Counted from the first letter of the stretch, positions 10,140-20,996 are shown. The stretch: DNA of 64,000 nucleotides from Promethearchaeota archaeon (GCA_019058245.1 JAHPZJ010000008.1:32001-96000); one strand, 5' to 3'. Translations and numbers: made by a program. Notes: generated by a model from the sequence alone, not told the origin.

Positions 10140-10610
10140 TTAATCATATCCAATTTTTAATTGTTTTAAGAGTTCTATCAAAGATTTTGTTAAGTTGTAA
10201 TTTTTCAATTCCTCAAATGGGACAAATTTTGCATCTAAGGCATCATCTGCAGCTCTAGGTGGTTGATTAAGATCCCCTTCGATTTGTTCGATAAAGTAAT
10301 TAAGTAATACATAATGATATTCGATTTTTCCATTCTTATCATACATAATCTTATCAATAATTCCTGCTAATTTGGTCACTTTCACTTTAAAACCTGTTTC
10401 CTCATATGCTTCTCTCTCCGCTGCCTTTTTGACTTCTTCTCCTAGATCTAAATGCCCTCCAGGAATACTCCAATATCCTGCATCTGGATCGTATTTTCTT
10501 TTTACTAATAATAAATGGTTATTTCGAATTAAGAGTACTCCTACTCCAACGTGGGGCCTAATAGGATATTTCCTTGTATCAAAAGCAGTTAAATCTTCTC
10601 TATTTACCAT
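10140..10610 (-). CDS. NUDIX hydrolase (ADP-ribose pyrophosphatase-like)
   Basis: Nudix box GGHLDLGEEVKKAAEREAYEETG. Confidence 0.93.
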   Translation of the reverse strand: MVNREDLTAFDTRKYPIRPHVGVGVLLIRNNHLLLVKRKYDPDAGYWSIPGGHLDLGEEVKKAAEREAYEETGFKVKVTKLAGIIDKIMYDKNGKIEYHYVLLNYFIEQIEGDLNQPPRAADDALDAKFVPFEELKNYNLTKSLIELLKQLKIGYD

Positions 10611-10688
10611 AATTCTATATTTAATAATCTTTAATAGGTATTAATACGATAGAAAGAATATAAGGATTCATTAATATTTATTTCTCAT

Positions 10689-11174
10689 ATGGTTCGTCCA
10701 TGGTATTGGCCAAAAAATGGTATGCCCGATAGAGCGGTTCCTTTTTCATGGATAGTTAAAAATAAGATGGCAGCTTCATGGTGGCCAGATAAGGAAGTAA
10801 TTGAGAGATACAAAAAAGAAGGAATTAAGGCTGTTGTGAATTGCTCTGAGTTTAACAATGAGAAAGAAATCTCTCCTTATTTTAAATATTTTCATATTAA
10901 TATCCCCGACTATGGAACTCCCACAGAGACTCAAATAAAAAAATTCCTAGAAATTACCAGCAAATTTGGAGCTAATAGGGATCCGATTGTTGTTCACTGT
11001 GTAGCAGGTTGCGGAAGAACGGGGATAATGATTGTAGTGTGGGCTGCGTATAATGGCTATATTCCAAATGGAGTGGATCCAGTAAAATGGATTCGAAACC
11101 TTAGACCTTGTTCTTTAGAAACAAAGGAACAAATGGATTTAGCACGAAAAATGGCTAAAAAGTATCAAAAATAA
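10689..11174 (+). CDS. Dual-specificity protein phosphatase
   Basis: HCVAGCGRT CX5R loop and IPDYGTP acid loop. Confidence 0.92.
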   Translation: MVRPWYWPKNGMPDRAVPFSWIVKNKMAASWWPDKEVIERYKKEGIKAVVNCSEFNNEKEISPYFKYFHINIPDYGTPTETQIKKFLEITSKFGANRDPIVVHCVAGCGRTGIMIVVWAAYNGYIPNGVDPVKWIRNLRPCSLETKEQMDLARKMAKKYQK

Positions 11175-11261
11175 CTTTAATGTAAAGTATTTAAGAGTGG
11201 AATATATTTTATTATTAGGTATATAATTTTTTGATTGTAAAATTTGTTTTAAGGCGGGATA

Positions 11262-12428
11262 TTGATGCAAAAATCTGACTATATATACATGATTACGGAT
11301 AATATAATGGTTTATCAGATTAATCTGCCAACAGAACTACAGGGAAATAATCTAAATGAGCATTTAAATAGATATAATGATGAATATCTTAAAATTATTG
11401 CAGGATTTAATAAAAATTTCTTAGAACATTTTTTAATTATATCAAAAGGACGAAATCCGCAAGATTTTATAGAGATTCTTAAAAAAATGGAAAAAGTTTC
11501 TTTCATGATTGGTCCTACTGGAAATTTAAGTTATCTTACATCTAATCAAATCCAATATATTCTTACTCAGTTAGGATCTTTAAATTTAAGAGAGATAGAA
11601 GAAATTAAAATAAGTAAAATTGCAGATGAACAGATAGAAAAAGAATTTGGATCATCACATGATGGTTCATCGGCATTAGAACGCCAATTATCTAGCGCAG
11701 CATTTTATTTACAATCTATTGGATATTCAAATCAAGATATACAAGAACTATTTAATGAAGTGAGACAGGATCCTTTGAAGATAGATGCTTTATTCAACTT
11801 ACAACCTAAAGAAATTTACAGTATGCCAGAAGAAATACACCCAAGAAGTAATCCGCCATCGAGATCTCAACCAACTTCAACTACTCAATCTACGTCTATT
11901 GAAAACAGTCAAGAAACTCAAAATGCGATTGATCAACACGTTCAAGCAGTTCAACATGAAATTTCCGGAGAAAGAGCTAAAAAAGTTGAAGAAATAATGC
12001 AATCAATAAAGGATCATGTTAAAGAGCATATGAATGAGCGTTATGAGAGAGTATTTAGACAGATTCATCCTGATCGGTTAAATCGAGCTTTCAAAATGCT
12101 GAAAGAGACAAAAAGGAAATCAAAAAGGATGAGTCTTTATTTAGAATGGTTTTTTTGCTCTCATCTTTTAGCCAATATTGAAGTAAAGGTTGAACATTGG
12201 CAAACTAGTAGTGCCGCGGGTCATGGACAAACAGGAGTATATACTGCGGGAATAAGTTTTTCTCGATATGACAATATTATAAGGGATTTTCCAGATGATA
12301 AATTAACAAAAGTAATAAACATATCAAGAAAGATACTTCAAAATCCGACTAAAAAAGCAATTCAAAAGTTAGCTACAGACTTAGTAGCTGAAACTGGATT
12401 CGATGAGCATCTTTATTTTACAGATTGA
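11262..12428 (+). CDS. Multidomain hypothetical protein with possible UBA-like helix bundle and S/T/Q/P-rich linker
   Basis: 388-aa ORF; YLQSIGYSNQDIQELF segment; low-complexity linker. Confidence 0.55.
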   Translation: MMQKSDYIYMITDNIMVYQINLPTELQGNNLNEHLNRYNDEYLKIIAGFNKNFLEHFLIISKGRNPQDFIEILKKMEKVSFMIGPTGNLSYLTSNQIQYILTQLGSLNLREIEEIKISKIADEQIEKEFGSSHDGSSALERQLSSAAFYLQSIGYSNQDIQELFNEVRQDPLKIDALFNLQPKEIYSMPEEIHPRSNPPSRSQPTSTTQSTSIENSQETQNAIDQHVQAVQHEISGERAKKVEEIMQSIKDHVKEHMNERYERVFRQIHPDRLNRAFKMLKETKRKSKRMSLYLEWFFCSHLLANIEVKVEHWQTSSAAGHGQTGVYTAGISFSRYDNIIRDFPDDKLTKVINISRKILQNPTKKAIQKLATDLVAETGFDEHLYFTD

Positions 12429-12582
12429 TTAGGTCACTAATCTTGAATAGATAGATTAAATAAAGACAAACTTTAAATATTAATCTTACAAAATTGTAAT
12501 TAATTTATTTAATCCAACTATAAACCCCAAAAATTAAATATATTTCATAACCAAGTTTAAGAATTTTAAAGGTGAAATAAAA

Positions 12583-13869
12583 ATGGATTTACAGTTTCTT
12601 GCTATATCCGACACTCATGTGGGTGAAGATACCTCTTTGCTTTCATTTCCTCGCGGACGCCAGCATTTATGGCGTACTTTACTAGAAAAATTTGGCAATG
12701 GACAAAAATTTAATATTAAAGAACTTATTTTAGTGGGAGATATCCCTGATACAGCACTATCATCAATATCTCAAGCTATCACTCAAACAAATGCTTTTAT
12801 TCAAACTATGGGAAGTGCTGCTGACATTGATAAAGTTATATATATCCCTGGAAACCATGATCATACGTTATGGACAGATTACATAAGATTACGATCTAAT
12901 AACCCTAAGCTGAAATATCGCATAACTCCTCCACAAGGTGAATTTATTGTTGAAAAAAATAAAAAATGCGATGATCCCGGTAGTGAATATCTTCTAACTC
13001 TATTTTTTGGTTATCCCTTTGGCCCAGCCTGGACAAAAATTCAAGATCAGAATACAAATAGAAAATTCGATTTTATTATCGCTAACCCATTATATGCCAA
13101 AGAGTATAATAATCGTACCTATATCTTCACTCATGGAACGCATTTTAAAAGTGTAGTCACTGCTCCTGTAATTATAAAAAAAATTATTGATTATTCACAA
13201 TTAGATAAATTGCTTGCGAATCTCAATATTGAGTCAGATTGTGATGTAAGTAAAGCTACAAGCTTAGAAAATCTTGAAGAAATTGTGGCCCCTTTTGTGG
13301 ATTCCCTTTGGATCAGTTCAAAAAATAATCCTAACTCCAGATCAGATAAATTGTGGTATCTTTTTTCTGTTTTAAGTAAAAGATTTGAAAAAATCAGAAA
13401 GGTTCCACTTCAAAGTGATCGTTTTAATTTTTCGAATTTTCAAGATGTTAGTGAAGATAGAATCATAAAATTCAATGGAAATAACTCAATAAAACTACTA
13501 AAAATTTACTTTCTTAATCATTTATTCTCTTTCCTTAAAGATTATAGACTACTAAAAGAAAATCTAACATTTGTATATGGAGATACACACGATGGGGGTT
13601 GGGGAGAAATTGAAGAAGAATATATTGATCCACCAAAGATTAATGTACGGATTTTTAATTGCGGAGCTTGGGTTGTTCATGATGAGAAAAATCATCCTCC
13701 TTGTCATGTTTTTGCTGTTGATAACCCTGGAAATGAATATCTTCTTGACGTTTCGTTCAAAGATGTGAAAATGTTAGATACATCACTACTCAAACTTGCT
13801 GCTACTGATTTTGAGAATCATAGTGAAAGTGTTAGCCGTTTATTACGTTTTGTACTGGATAGGTTTTAA
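12583..13869 (+). CDS. Calcineurin-like metallophosphoesterase
   Basis: SDTH, GD, GNHD, HG motifs; last motif GDTH; GGTGA SD. Confidence 0.8.
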   Translation: MDLQFLAISDTHVGEDTSLLSFPRGRQHLWRTLLEKFGNGQKFNIKELILVGDIPDTALSSISQAITQTNAFIQTMGSAADIDKVIYIPGNHDHTLWTDYIRLRSNNPKLKYRITPPQGEFIVEKNKKCDDPGSEYLLTLFFGYPFGPAWTKIQDQNTNRKFDFIIANPLYAKEYNNRTYIFTHGTHFKSVVTAPVIIKKIIDYSQLDKLLANLNIESDCDVSKATSLENLEEIVAPFVDSLWISSKNNPNSRSDKLWYLFSVLSKRFEKIRKVPLQSDRFNFSNFQDVSEDRIIKFNGNNSIKLLKIYFLNHLFSFLKDYRLLKENLTFVYGDTHDGGWGEIEEEYIDPPKINVRIFNCGAWVVHDEKNHPPCHVFAVDNPGNEYLLDVSFKDVKMLDTSLLKLAATDFENHSESVSRLLRFVLDRF

Positions 13870-14018
13870 TAATTTTTAACTAAACTCTCTATCAATTTTA
13901 TTTTTATTTTTTGGAGATTACCTATAGCATCAATTTTCTCTCTTTTTATAACTCCAGCATCAACAAGAGGCTGATTATCATTGACAGTGATAATTGATCC
14001 CCCATAATAAATACTCAT
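13866..14018 (-). pseudogene. N-terminal remnant of an amidohydrolase-3 (YtcJ-like) gene
   Basis: Manual translation MSIYYGGSIITVNDNQPLVDAGVIKREKIDAIGNL... matches the family's N-terminal beta-domain pattern, then stops at 50 aa. Confidence 0.6.
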
Positions 14019-14081
14019 ATCTCATGATCTCTAATATTTTAATCAGCTTAAGAATTCTTAAAAAAGATTATAATAATATTA

Positions 14082-14663
14082 TCATTGTTTTCTCTTAAGT
14101 TTTAATTCTATCGATTTAGCTGCTGCTCTCGTAGTAAAGTTTTTTTTTAGAACTCTAGATTTTGTCTTTAAATCTTTTGCATCTACTTTTTCTACTAATA
14201 TTTGCTGTTTACTTTCCTGCAGTCCTTTTTCTAAGTCATCTATAGGAAGTAAAGCAGTTGAAATACAAAAAAAACTCTTAGATCTACCTTCATTAAATTC
14301 TTGCAACATTTCTTCAAGAAGTTCAATTCTTCGTTTCTGTTGAATTATAAAAGATTCAATTCCTTTCTCTTTAATTAACTTTAGATTTAAAAGTGAGACC
14401 TTATGAGTTATAAATGAATCAAATTTATCCCACTTATCTATCTTTGAGCAAGGAAATTCATTACATTCTGCACACGTCTCAAAATTATGCTTTTTTATAC
14501 AACATGTTATAATTGTACAAGATGGATGTCTATTAATGAAATCAGTTCCGCAACATCCAGGACATCTTGATGGTCCTCTTGTATAATATGTAGGACATAA
14601 CCCGCAATCTAAACCACAACAAGCAATTGTAGGATACTCTTTTAATGGAAATTCTTTAGTCAT
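14082..14663 (-). CDS. Cys-rich DUF3795-like protein
   Basis: CCGLDCGLC, CPGC, CC and CAECNEFPC motifs. Confidence 0.75.
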   Translation of the reverse strand: MTKEFPLKEYPTIACCGLDCGLCPTYYTRGPSRCPGCCGTDFINRHPSCTIITCCIKKHNFETCAECNEFPCSKIDKWDKFDSFITHKVSLLNLKLIKEKGIESFIIQQKRRIELLEEMLQEFNEGRSKSFFCISTALLPIDDLEKGLQESKQQILVEKVDAKDLKTKSRVLKKNFTTRAAAKSIELKLKRKQ

Positions 14664-14797
14664 AATTTAGTGTTCTAAGTATAGAATTTAATATTTATTA
14701 TTTACTTTTTAAAAAATAAAAAGATTATAAGAAAAATATTAAAGAGATGAAATAATTCTTAGGATTAATCAATAGGGAAAAATGTAATATTAAGAAA

Positions 14798-17140
14798 ATG
14801 AAAGCCTCACTTTTGAAAAAATTTAATTTAATAATTGAAGAAGCTAACGCTTTAAAAGATAAAAGCGATTTTCAAAAAGCTATTAGAAAGTTCCAAGAAG
14901 CATTAAACTTTATCAATGATAAAGTAAAAGAAGAAAGAGATAAAAATACTGAAATTGAGAATATTAATAATGCTATTAATCAAACTTATTCCATCCAAAT
15001 CGATAATATAGTTCAAGGAGGAATACGTTTCACAGCTCAAAAAAAATTTGATAAAGCTAAAGAAGAATTTCAAAATGCCTTAATGATTGTTGAAAAAATT
15101 GACGATCCAGATCTTCAAGGAGCTGAAAAAGATGAGATTAGTAAATTAATAAGTGAGAATGAAATAGAAAAACTTATGTTAAAAGGAATAGAATCAAAAA
15201 AACAGAATAAAACAGATGAAGCTGTAGAAATATTTAAAAGTGCACTGGTTATCGCTGAGGAGATTTATAAATCAGATTTCGCAAATGAAGGTTTGGCGAG
15301 AATTAGAAATGAAATTACAAGTATATATGATTCCAAAATTGATGAGATCGTTGAACAAGGCCAGAAATTTAAAAGTGAAGGTCAAAATGGGAATGCGATT
15401 AAATCCTTTCAAAATGCTCTTCAAACAATTGAAAAATATTTCGATCTGAATGTTAAGAAGGCACTGATTTCTACAATTAAAAAATCTACTAATGAAATCT
15501 ATTCTAACCAAATTAAACCAATTGTTGATAAAGCTAAAGAATTATTAAAACAAAATTTAATTGAACAAGCAATTTCAAAATTTAATGAGGCATTACCTTT
15601 AGCAGATAAAATGTATGATTCTGAGCTTAAAAATTCTGAAATCAAACTTATTGCTGAAGGATTAAATCCAATTTATATAGAGAGGATTAACCCTATAGTA
15701 GAAAAAGGAAAAGAAGTAACTTCTAAAGAAAAATTTGAAGAATCAATAAATTTAATTGATGAAGCTGTTGATCTTTTCCATCAAGCTCTTGATATTGCTC
15801 ATTCTATGGCTGCTTCAGAAAAAAAAGAATTAGAAATTGAAGAAATTAATGAATTAGTTAACAGTGCCTGTAGTTCAGGTATAAATGTAATTAAAGAAAA
15901 ATCAATTCAGTTTATTGTTCAAAAAAAATATGAGGACGCTATAAGTGATCTATATATAGCATTAAGTTTAGCAAAAAGAATGGCATATCCTGAAGAAGAA
16001 AACCCAGAACTTACAAATCTAAAAAACTTAGTTAATAAAGTATATTCTGCTGAGGTTAATGAAGTTGTAAACCACGGTAATAAATTGGTAGAACAAAAGG
16101 AATTTGAAAAAGCAATTGAAACATATAATGAAGCTTTAAATATGACGAACAAAATGTATTTAACTGATGAAATGGAAAAAGAAGTCGGTATGATTAAAAG
16201 TTTAATTTATGAAACTGAATTAAAGCAATTAGTGGGAAAGGGTGGATTAGCAGAAGAACAAAAATTGAAAGAAAAAGAAATTGAAAAACTTAAGAAACGG
16301 TTGGATTATGCTCAATCGATTGATGATCCAGAAAGAAGAGCAACAGAAATGGCTAAAATTAAATTGTTGATAGATAATGTTCATTCTGACGAGATAAAAC
16401 TGTTAATGGAGCAAGGTAATCAACTTGCAGAGATAAAGAAATATGATGATGCCTTCAAATTCTATGAAAGAGCATTGAAAATTAATGAAATGATGGAATC
16501 ACCAGATATTAAAAATAAAGATTTGATTAAAACATCTTATAAAAAAGAACTTATCAATAAGGCTAAATTAGATATTGAAGCTGAAGAATATGATAAAGCA
16601 ATAGAAACTTGCCGAAGAGCTTTAGAGCTTGATGAGATCTTTGTTGAATCCTATTATCACATTGGCCTATCATATAATTATAAAAAAGAATATGATAACG
16701 CAATAGAGAATTTTGAGAAAGCAGTTAGGTATGATAATAAACATGTTACTTCATGGAATTCTATGGGTTTGGCATATGAAGCAAAAGAGGATTATGATAA
16801 GGCTTTAGAGAATTTAGAAAAGACAGTGGAGATTAATCCTAACTTTTCTGAAGGATGGTATAATCTTGGAAATATATTTAAACTAAGAAAGGAATTTGAT
16901 AAAGCTATTACGAATTATAATAAAGCTACAGAGATAACCCCAGAATTTGCAAAAGCATGGTTCTTTAAAGGTGCTGCTTATTTTGATAAGAAGGATTATA
17001 ATAATACTATCCAAAATATTGAAAAAGCAATTAATATTGATCCAAATCTCGCTAAGGAGATTCATCCAATTATTAAAGATTTAAAATCTAATCTTGATAA
17101 ACTTTATGAAAAGCTTTCAGTGTCTTTTATTAATAGATAA
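14798..17140 (+). CDS. Large TPR-repeat protein
   Basis: About five canonical C-terminal TPRs (e.g. WYNLGNIFKLRKEFDKAITNYNKA) preceded by elongated TPR-like helical repeats. Confidence 0.88.
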   Translation: MKASLLKKFNLIIEEANALKDKSDFQKAIRKFQEALNFINDKVKEERDKNTEIENINNAINQTYSIQIDNIVQGGIRFTAQKKFDKAKEEFQNALMIVEKIDDPDLQGAEKDEISKLISENEIEKLMLKGIESKKQNKTDEAVEIFKSALVIAEEIYKSDFANEGLARIRNEITSIYDSKIDEIVEQGQKFKSEGQNGNAIKSFQNALQTIEKYFDLNVKKALISTIKKSTNEIYSNQIKPIVDKAKELLKQNLIEQAISKFNEALPLADKMYDSELKNSEIKLIAEGLNPIYIERINPIVEKGKEVTSKEKFEESINLIDEAVDLFHQALDIAHSMAASEKKELEIEEINELVNSACSSGINVIKEKSIQFIVQKKYEDAISDLYIALSLAKRMAYPEEENPELTNLKNLVNKVYSAEVNEVVNHGNKLVEQKEFEKAIETYNEALNMTNKMYLTDEMEKEVGMIKSLIYETELKQLVGKGGLAEEQKLKEKEIEKLKKRLDYAQSIDDPERRATEMAKIKLLIDNVHSDEIKLLMEQGNQLAEIKKYDDAFKFYERALKINEMMESPDIKNKDLIKTSYKKELINKAKLDIEAEEYDKAIETCRRALELDEIFVESYYHIGLSYNYKKEYDNAIENFEKAVRYDNKHVTSWNSMGLAYEAKEDYDKALENLEKTVEINPNFSEGWYNLGNIFKLRKEFDKAITNYNKATEITPEFAKAWFFKGAAYFDKKDYNNTIQNIEKAINIDPNLAKEIHPIIKDLKSNLDKLYEKLSVSFINR

Positions 17141-17171
17141 GTATAAAAGAATTAGTAAAAAAGAAAAAAAA

Positions 17172-18788
17172 TTATTCGATTTTCTTTAATTGTCTTATTC
17201 CCATAAAAAGTAAAGGAAGAGCAATCACAATATGAATAGATATGAATAGTATAGTGGGAGTTAATTCCCAAGCAATGAAAATAGGGAACTCCTGCCCTAA
17301 CCAAATTATCAAGAATATAAAACCCATAAACACCCCAATTTGGATTATCATCAGCTTAAAAATGGAAAATCCCATGTGTTTTCCCTTCTCTTCGAATGCT
17401 GGGCTAAATCCTTGAATTCCAATTGCTTCAAGTAGAACTAGTATGCCATATGATAAATAAGCTATGAAAAAAACAACCGCTAAAAATATATCAAATTCAA
17501 ATAGGAAAGTATAGAATATTGTTATTCCTAGAGCTAATATTATATTGATTATTATCATTGCTATAATATAGGAATAAACTAAACCGTTTACATTTCTTGG
17601 ACTCTTTTTATATACCCAAAGTAAGTCTTTACTCCCCACAAAGATGAAACTTCCAAGCATCAGCCCATAGAGCATCCCACCTACGAACACTACGATTAAT
17701 ATTAAAAATCCTCCTGATAATAAATCATTAGCAACTGTTTCTCCCATAGAAAGGGAGTAAATTAGTCCATAAACGCAAGCTAATCCTCCTAAATATATTA
17801 ATTTCATGATATTTTCTTTCTTTCGGAAAAATTCTTTGAATTGGGTGATAACTAAACCTTCCCATTTTGAACCCAAAATACGTCTGTTAAACTTGTAAAA
17901 GCTATTCTCTTTTTCTATTACAGAGGTGAATTTCTCGACGCCGCTCTCAAGTGTGTAGAATTTGTTAGCTCCTTTATAGGATATATATAAAATAAGCACA
18001 GGTACTAAAATTGCAAGTACCAAACTAGCCCAAATATTCAGGATATAGGTATTCAATAATGTAGCATCGAATGTATAAAGAATTATATTTGAGAACCATA
18101 GAGCAGGATACCACATAAAATAGTTTTTTAATTCTGGATGCTCCAAAATGAACTGAAAGCCAAACTGAAGAGAATAAATGAGAGCAACCATGCCAATTGA
18201 TAAGAGAAATAAAAGGGCTTTAGCAATGTCTCTTGCTTTCGCGCTCTGAGTTATTTTATGTTCTATCCAACTCATTAGTATTGTACCAATTAATGTTGCC
18301 ATAAATACAAGACCAAATACACAACAATAAATAACAAAAGTTTGGATGAATGTCAGATTAAATATTGGATTCAACATATTTACAAAAACAGGAGTAAGAG
18401 CAAAGACATAGGAAAAGAGTATTGGAATTTTTCCAAAAAATTCTCCTAAAAAGATATCTCCAGCTGTTACTGGGGATGCTAACAAAATTTCTTTAAAACC
18501 TATCTCAGTCTGACGATAAATATTATTTAATGGGTAGATAAGTATTGCTATAAAAAATATCATCATCAAAAATTCTATAATCATTGCTATAGATGGGATA
18601 ATAAACTCAGAAAGATTCTCCATCCCTGCTATGGTCGGCATAAATAGGTCGAAAATCATAGGACATAGAAAGAACGCCCAGAAGATAAGAATAGAATATA
18701 AAACTATGAAAAATGTTAAACGATTTTTACGAAATTTAGAGGTTCTAACCATTACTTCATTTTTAGCAATTTTCAGCCATAGTGCCAT
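17172..18788 (-). CDS. ABC exporter permease (multi-TM)
   Basis: Highly hydrophobic; LLASPV..GDIFLGEF; directly after the ABC ATPase; paralogue at 46760. Confidence 0.8.
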   Translation of the reverse strand: MALWLKIAKNEVMVRTSKFRKNRLTFFIVLYSILIFWAFFLCPMIFDLFMPTIAGMENLSEFIIPSIAMIIEFLMMIFFIAILIYPLNNIYRQTEIGFKEILLASPVTAGDIFLGEFFGKIPILFSYVFALTPVFVNMLNPIFNLTFIQTFVIYCCVFGLVFMATLIGTILMSWIEHKITQSAKARDIAKALLFLLSIGMVALIYSLQFGFQFILEHPELKNYFMWYPALWFSNIILYTFDATLLNTYILNIWASLVLAILVPVLILYISYKGANKFYTLESGVEKFTSVIEKENSFYKFNRRILGSKWEGLVITQFKEFFRKKENIMKLIYLGGLACVYGLIYSLSMGETVANDLLSGGFLILIVVFVGGMLYGLMLGSFIFVGSKDLLWVYKKSPRNVNGLVYSYIIAMIIINIILALGITIFYTFLFEFDIFLAVVFFIAYLSYGILVLLEAIGIQGFSPAFEEKGKHMGFSIFKLMIIQIGVFMGFIFLIIWLGQEFPIFIAWELTPTILFISIHIVIALPLLFMGIRQLKKIE

Positions 18789-18794
18789 ATCATA

Positions 18795-19610
18795 TCACTT
18801 CCTATACTTTTTTTCTTTCTTTTTATGAGTTTCACCATTTGGACCATTTTCGCGCCAGGATAATAAGTCCTCAATATGAGTTGCACCCATAATTTTAAGA
18901 TATGCGTCTTCTAAGTCTTTTGCATTTTGAGATTCTATAATTTCTTTAGGGCTACCTTGTAATTTCAATTCTCCTTTATCAATAATTCCAATAATATCAC
19001 AGAGTTCTTCAGCCGCATCAAGCAGATGAGTACATATAAAAATTGTCTTATCAGCTTTCTTGACTAAATCAGAAATGAGGTCCTTGACCATTCTTGCTGC
19101 TGCAGGATCCAGATTTGACGTAGGCTCATCTAAAAAAATAATCTTGGGATCCTGAATTAACGCTGCACATAAACATACTTTTTGCTTCATACCGCGGGAA
19201 TATCCCTCAAGCAAGTCGTTTTCTCGTCCCTCAAGATCAAATATTTCAAGAAGTTCATCAATACGAGTAGATATGGTGACTTTTGGTAAATAATAAAGCT
19301 CACCAATGAATTCCAAGAACTCTTTAGCCGTTAATTTTGCGTATAATCCAGGAGATTCTGGTAAAAATCCGCAAATCATCTTTGCATCATTGGCTTGGGT
19401 GAGAATATTATACCCCCCTACTAAGGCAGTACCACTTGTAGGAGTAATAATGGCATTTAACATCCTAACGGTTGTCGTTTTGCCTGCTCCATTTGGTCCT
19501 AATAGCCCATAGGTAGTACCATATGCGATTTCAATATTTAAGTTCTGCACAGCTCTAATATTACCAAAAATCTTTGTGAGATCTCTGGTAGCTATTGCCA
19601 ATTTTTCCAT
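18795..19610 (-). CDS. ABC transporter ATP-binding protein
   Basis: GPNGAGKTT, YSRGMKQK, FLDEPT, CTH. Confidence 0.95.
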   Translation of the reverse strand: MEKLAIATRDLTKIFGNIRAVQNLNIEIAYGTTYGLLGPNGAGKTTTVRMLNAIITPTSGTALVGGYNILTQANDAKMICGFLPESPGLYAKLTAKEFLEFIGELYYLPKVTISTRIDELLEIFDLEGRENDLLEGYSRGMKQKVCLCAALIQDPKIIFLDEPTSNLDPAAARMVKDLISDLVKKADKTIFICTHLLDAAEELCDIIGIIDKGELKLQGSPKEIIESQNAKDLEDAYLKIMGATHIEDLLSWRENGPNGETHKKKEKKYRK

Positions 19611-19676
19611 TTTGTATTTTTACACTTCCAAAATTTTTATTTTAATTATTTAATTTTTATTATTTTTTTTTTTATT

Positions 19677-20096
19677 TTAATCTTCAGCTTCTTTTTCGAA
19701 TAAATCCTCAAATTCCTTTCTTAATTCTTTAGCAATTTTGACTAATAATTTTTCGTCATAACTTGAATTTAACTGTTCATCATCTATTTCACTCAATGAA
19801 GCTAGCTTTTCGAAGCCAATATTAGCCACTTCAGCAATTTCTTTTAATTCTGCTAATGATTTACCCTCTAAGATATCTTTAATTATTGGTTCTTGATAAA
19901 ATATATTTTCTAGTGATTTTTGAAAAATTTCAGTCAATTTAAAGGATAACGTTAATGATGGGTTATAATCCCCTTTCTCCAAATAATAGATCGTTTGACG
20001 AGAAACACCTACTTCATCAGCTAATTGTTGCTGCGTTAAGCCAAGTTCTTCTCTGAAATCTTTAACTCTTGACTTAATTGATTTTTTAAATTTCAA
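19677..20096 (-). CDS. XRE-family HTH transcriptional regulator
   Basis: LTQQQLADEVGVSRQTIYYLEKGDYNPSL; second degenerate HTH-like half; GGTGA SD and TTG start. Confidence 0.9.
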   Translation of the reverse strand: MKFKKSIKSRVKDFREELGLTQQQLADEVGVSRQTIYYLEKGDYNPSLTLSFKLTEIFQKSLENIFYQEPIIKDILEGKSLAELKEIAEVANIGFEKLASLSEIDDEQLNSSYDEKLLVKIAKELRKEFEDLFEKEAED

Positions 20097-20168
20097 GTAT
20101 TTCTCACCACTCTTTTACTTTTTTTGGAGTTAAAATAATCACAATAATAATAAAAAAAATATTGAATT

Positions 20169-20996
20169 TTATACCAATTTAAACAAATCTTCTATTTTAC
20201 ACTGAAGTACTTCCGCAATTCTATACGCTAATGCTAAACTAGGATTATACCGCCCTTCTTCTAAGAAATTTATAGTTTGAACTGGAACACCAACCTTTTC
20301 AGCTAAAGCTGCAACAGAGATATTAATATCTTCTCTTTTTTCTTTAATAGTTGTTTTTAAATGCTCTCCTTCTCGCATTTTCGAAAGGACATAACTAATA
20401 AAGTTGTCAAATGCAAGTTCTTCCGGTTTGAAAATTTTATCTTCTAATCCACTTGGTATTGCCGAATATTTAATTATTCTTTCCTTTATTTTTTCCTCAA
20501 TAATAGTAGGGTTCAATAAGCCAGGAATATAACCTTCTGGACGGGCAATACCATGTTGTGCACTCGCAGCTGCTGCACTAGATCCTGCTGTTTCAATCTT
20601 CACTGTAAATGTTTTAAACATCCTGTCAAAAACTCCGTTAGTGATATTTATATTTTGAATTCTACTAAAAGGAATAGTCGCTCGAGTTCTGTTAAAAACT
20701 CCGTGATGAATTACTATATCATTTTCTAATATTCCAAAGGAAAACATCCTTACATATCGATAAGAATACCAGATTATTGATAATAAAACTACGAAAAATG
20801 GAATCACCACCGAATAAAAAAGTATCCATATCATCCATTCGAATAGGAATTCTGGTTCAAAATAGTACACTAACCACAATGTCAAGACCATCCACGATGT
20901 GTAAAATAAAAGATAACCAATAATAGTCTTAAAGATCTGCTTTTTCGCATAATTTCGAGAAATCGTTCCTTCATATATTTGATTTTTTTCGCTCAT
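20169..20996 (-). CDS. Membrane protein: 2 TM + bacterial PH (bPH_2/YdbS-like) domain + C-terminal XRE HTH
   Basis: GVFNRTRATIPFSRIQNI..GVFDRMF..VKIETAG is the bPH_2 signature; C-terminal ALAEKVGVPVQTINFLEEGRYNPSL. Confidence 0.85.
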   Translation of the reverse strand: MSEKNQIYEGTISRNYAKKQIFKTIIGYLLFYTSWMVLTLWLVYYFEPEFLFEWMIWILFYSVVIPFFVVLLSIIWYSYRYVRMFSFGILENDIVIHHGVFNRTRATIPFSRIQNINITNGVFDRMFKTFTVKIETAGSSAAAASAQHGIARPEGYIPGLLNPTIIEEKIKERIIKYSAIPSGLEDKIFKPEELAFDNFISYVLSKMREGEHLKTTIKEKREDINISVAALAEKVGVPVQTINFLEEGRYNPSLALAYRIAEVLQCKIEDLFKLV

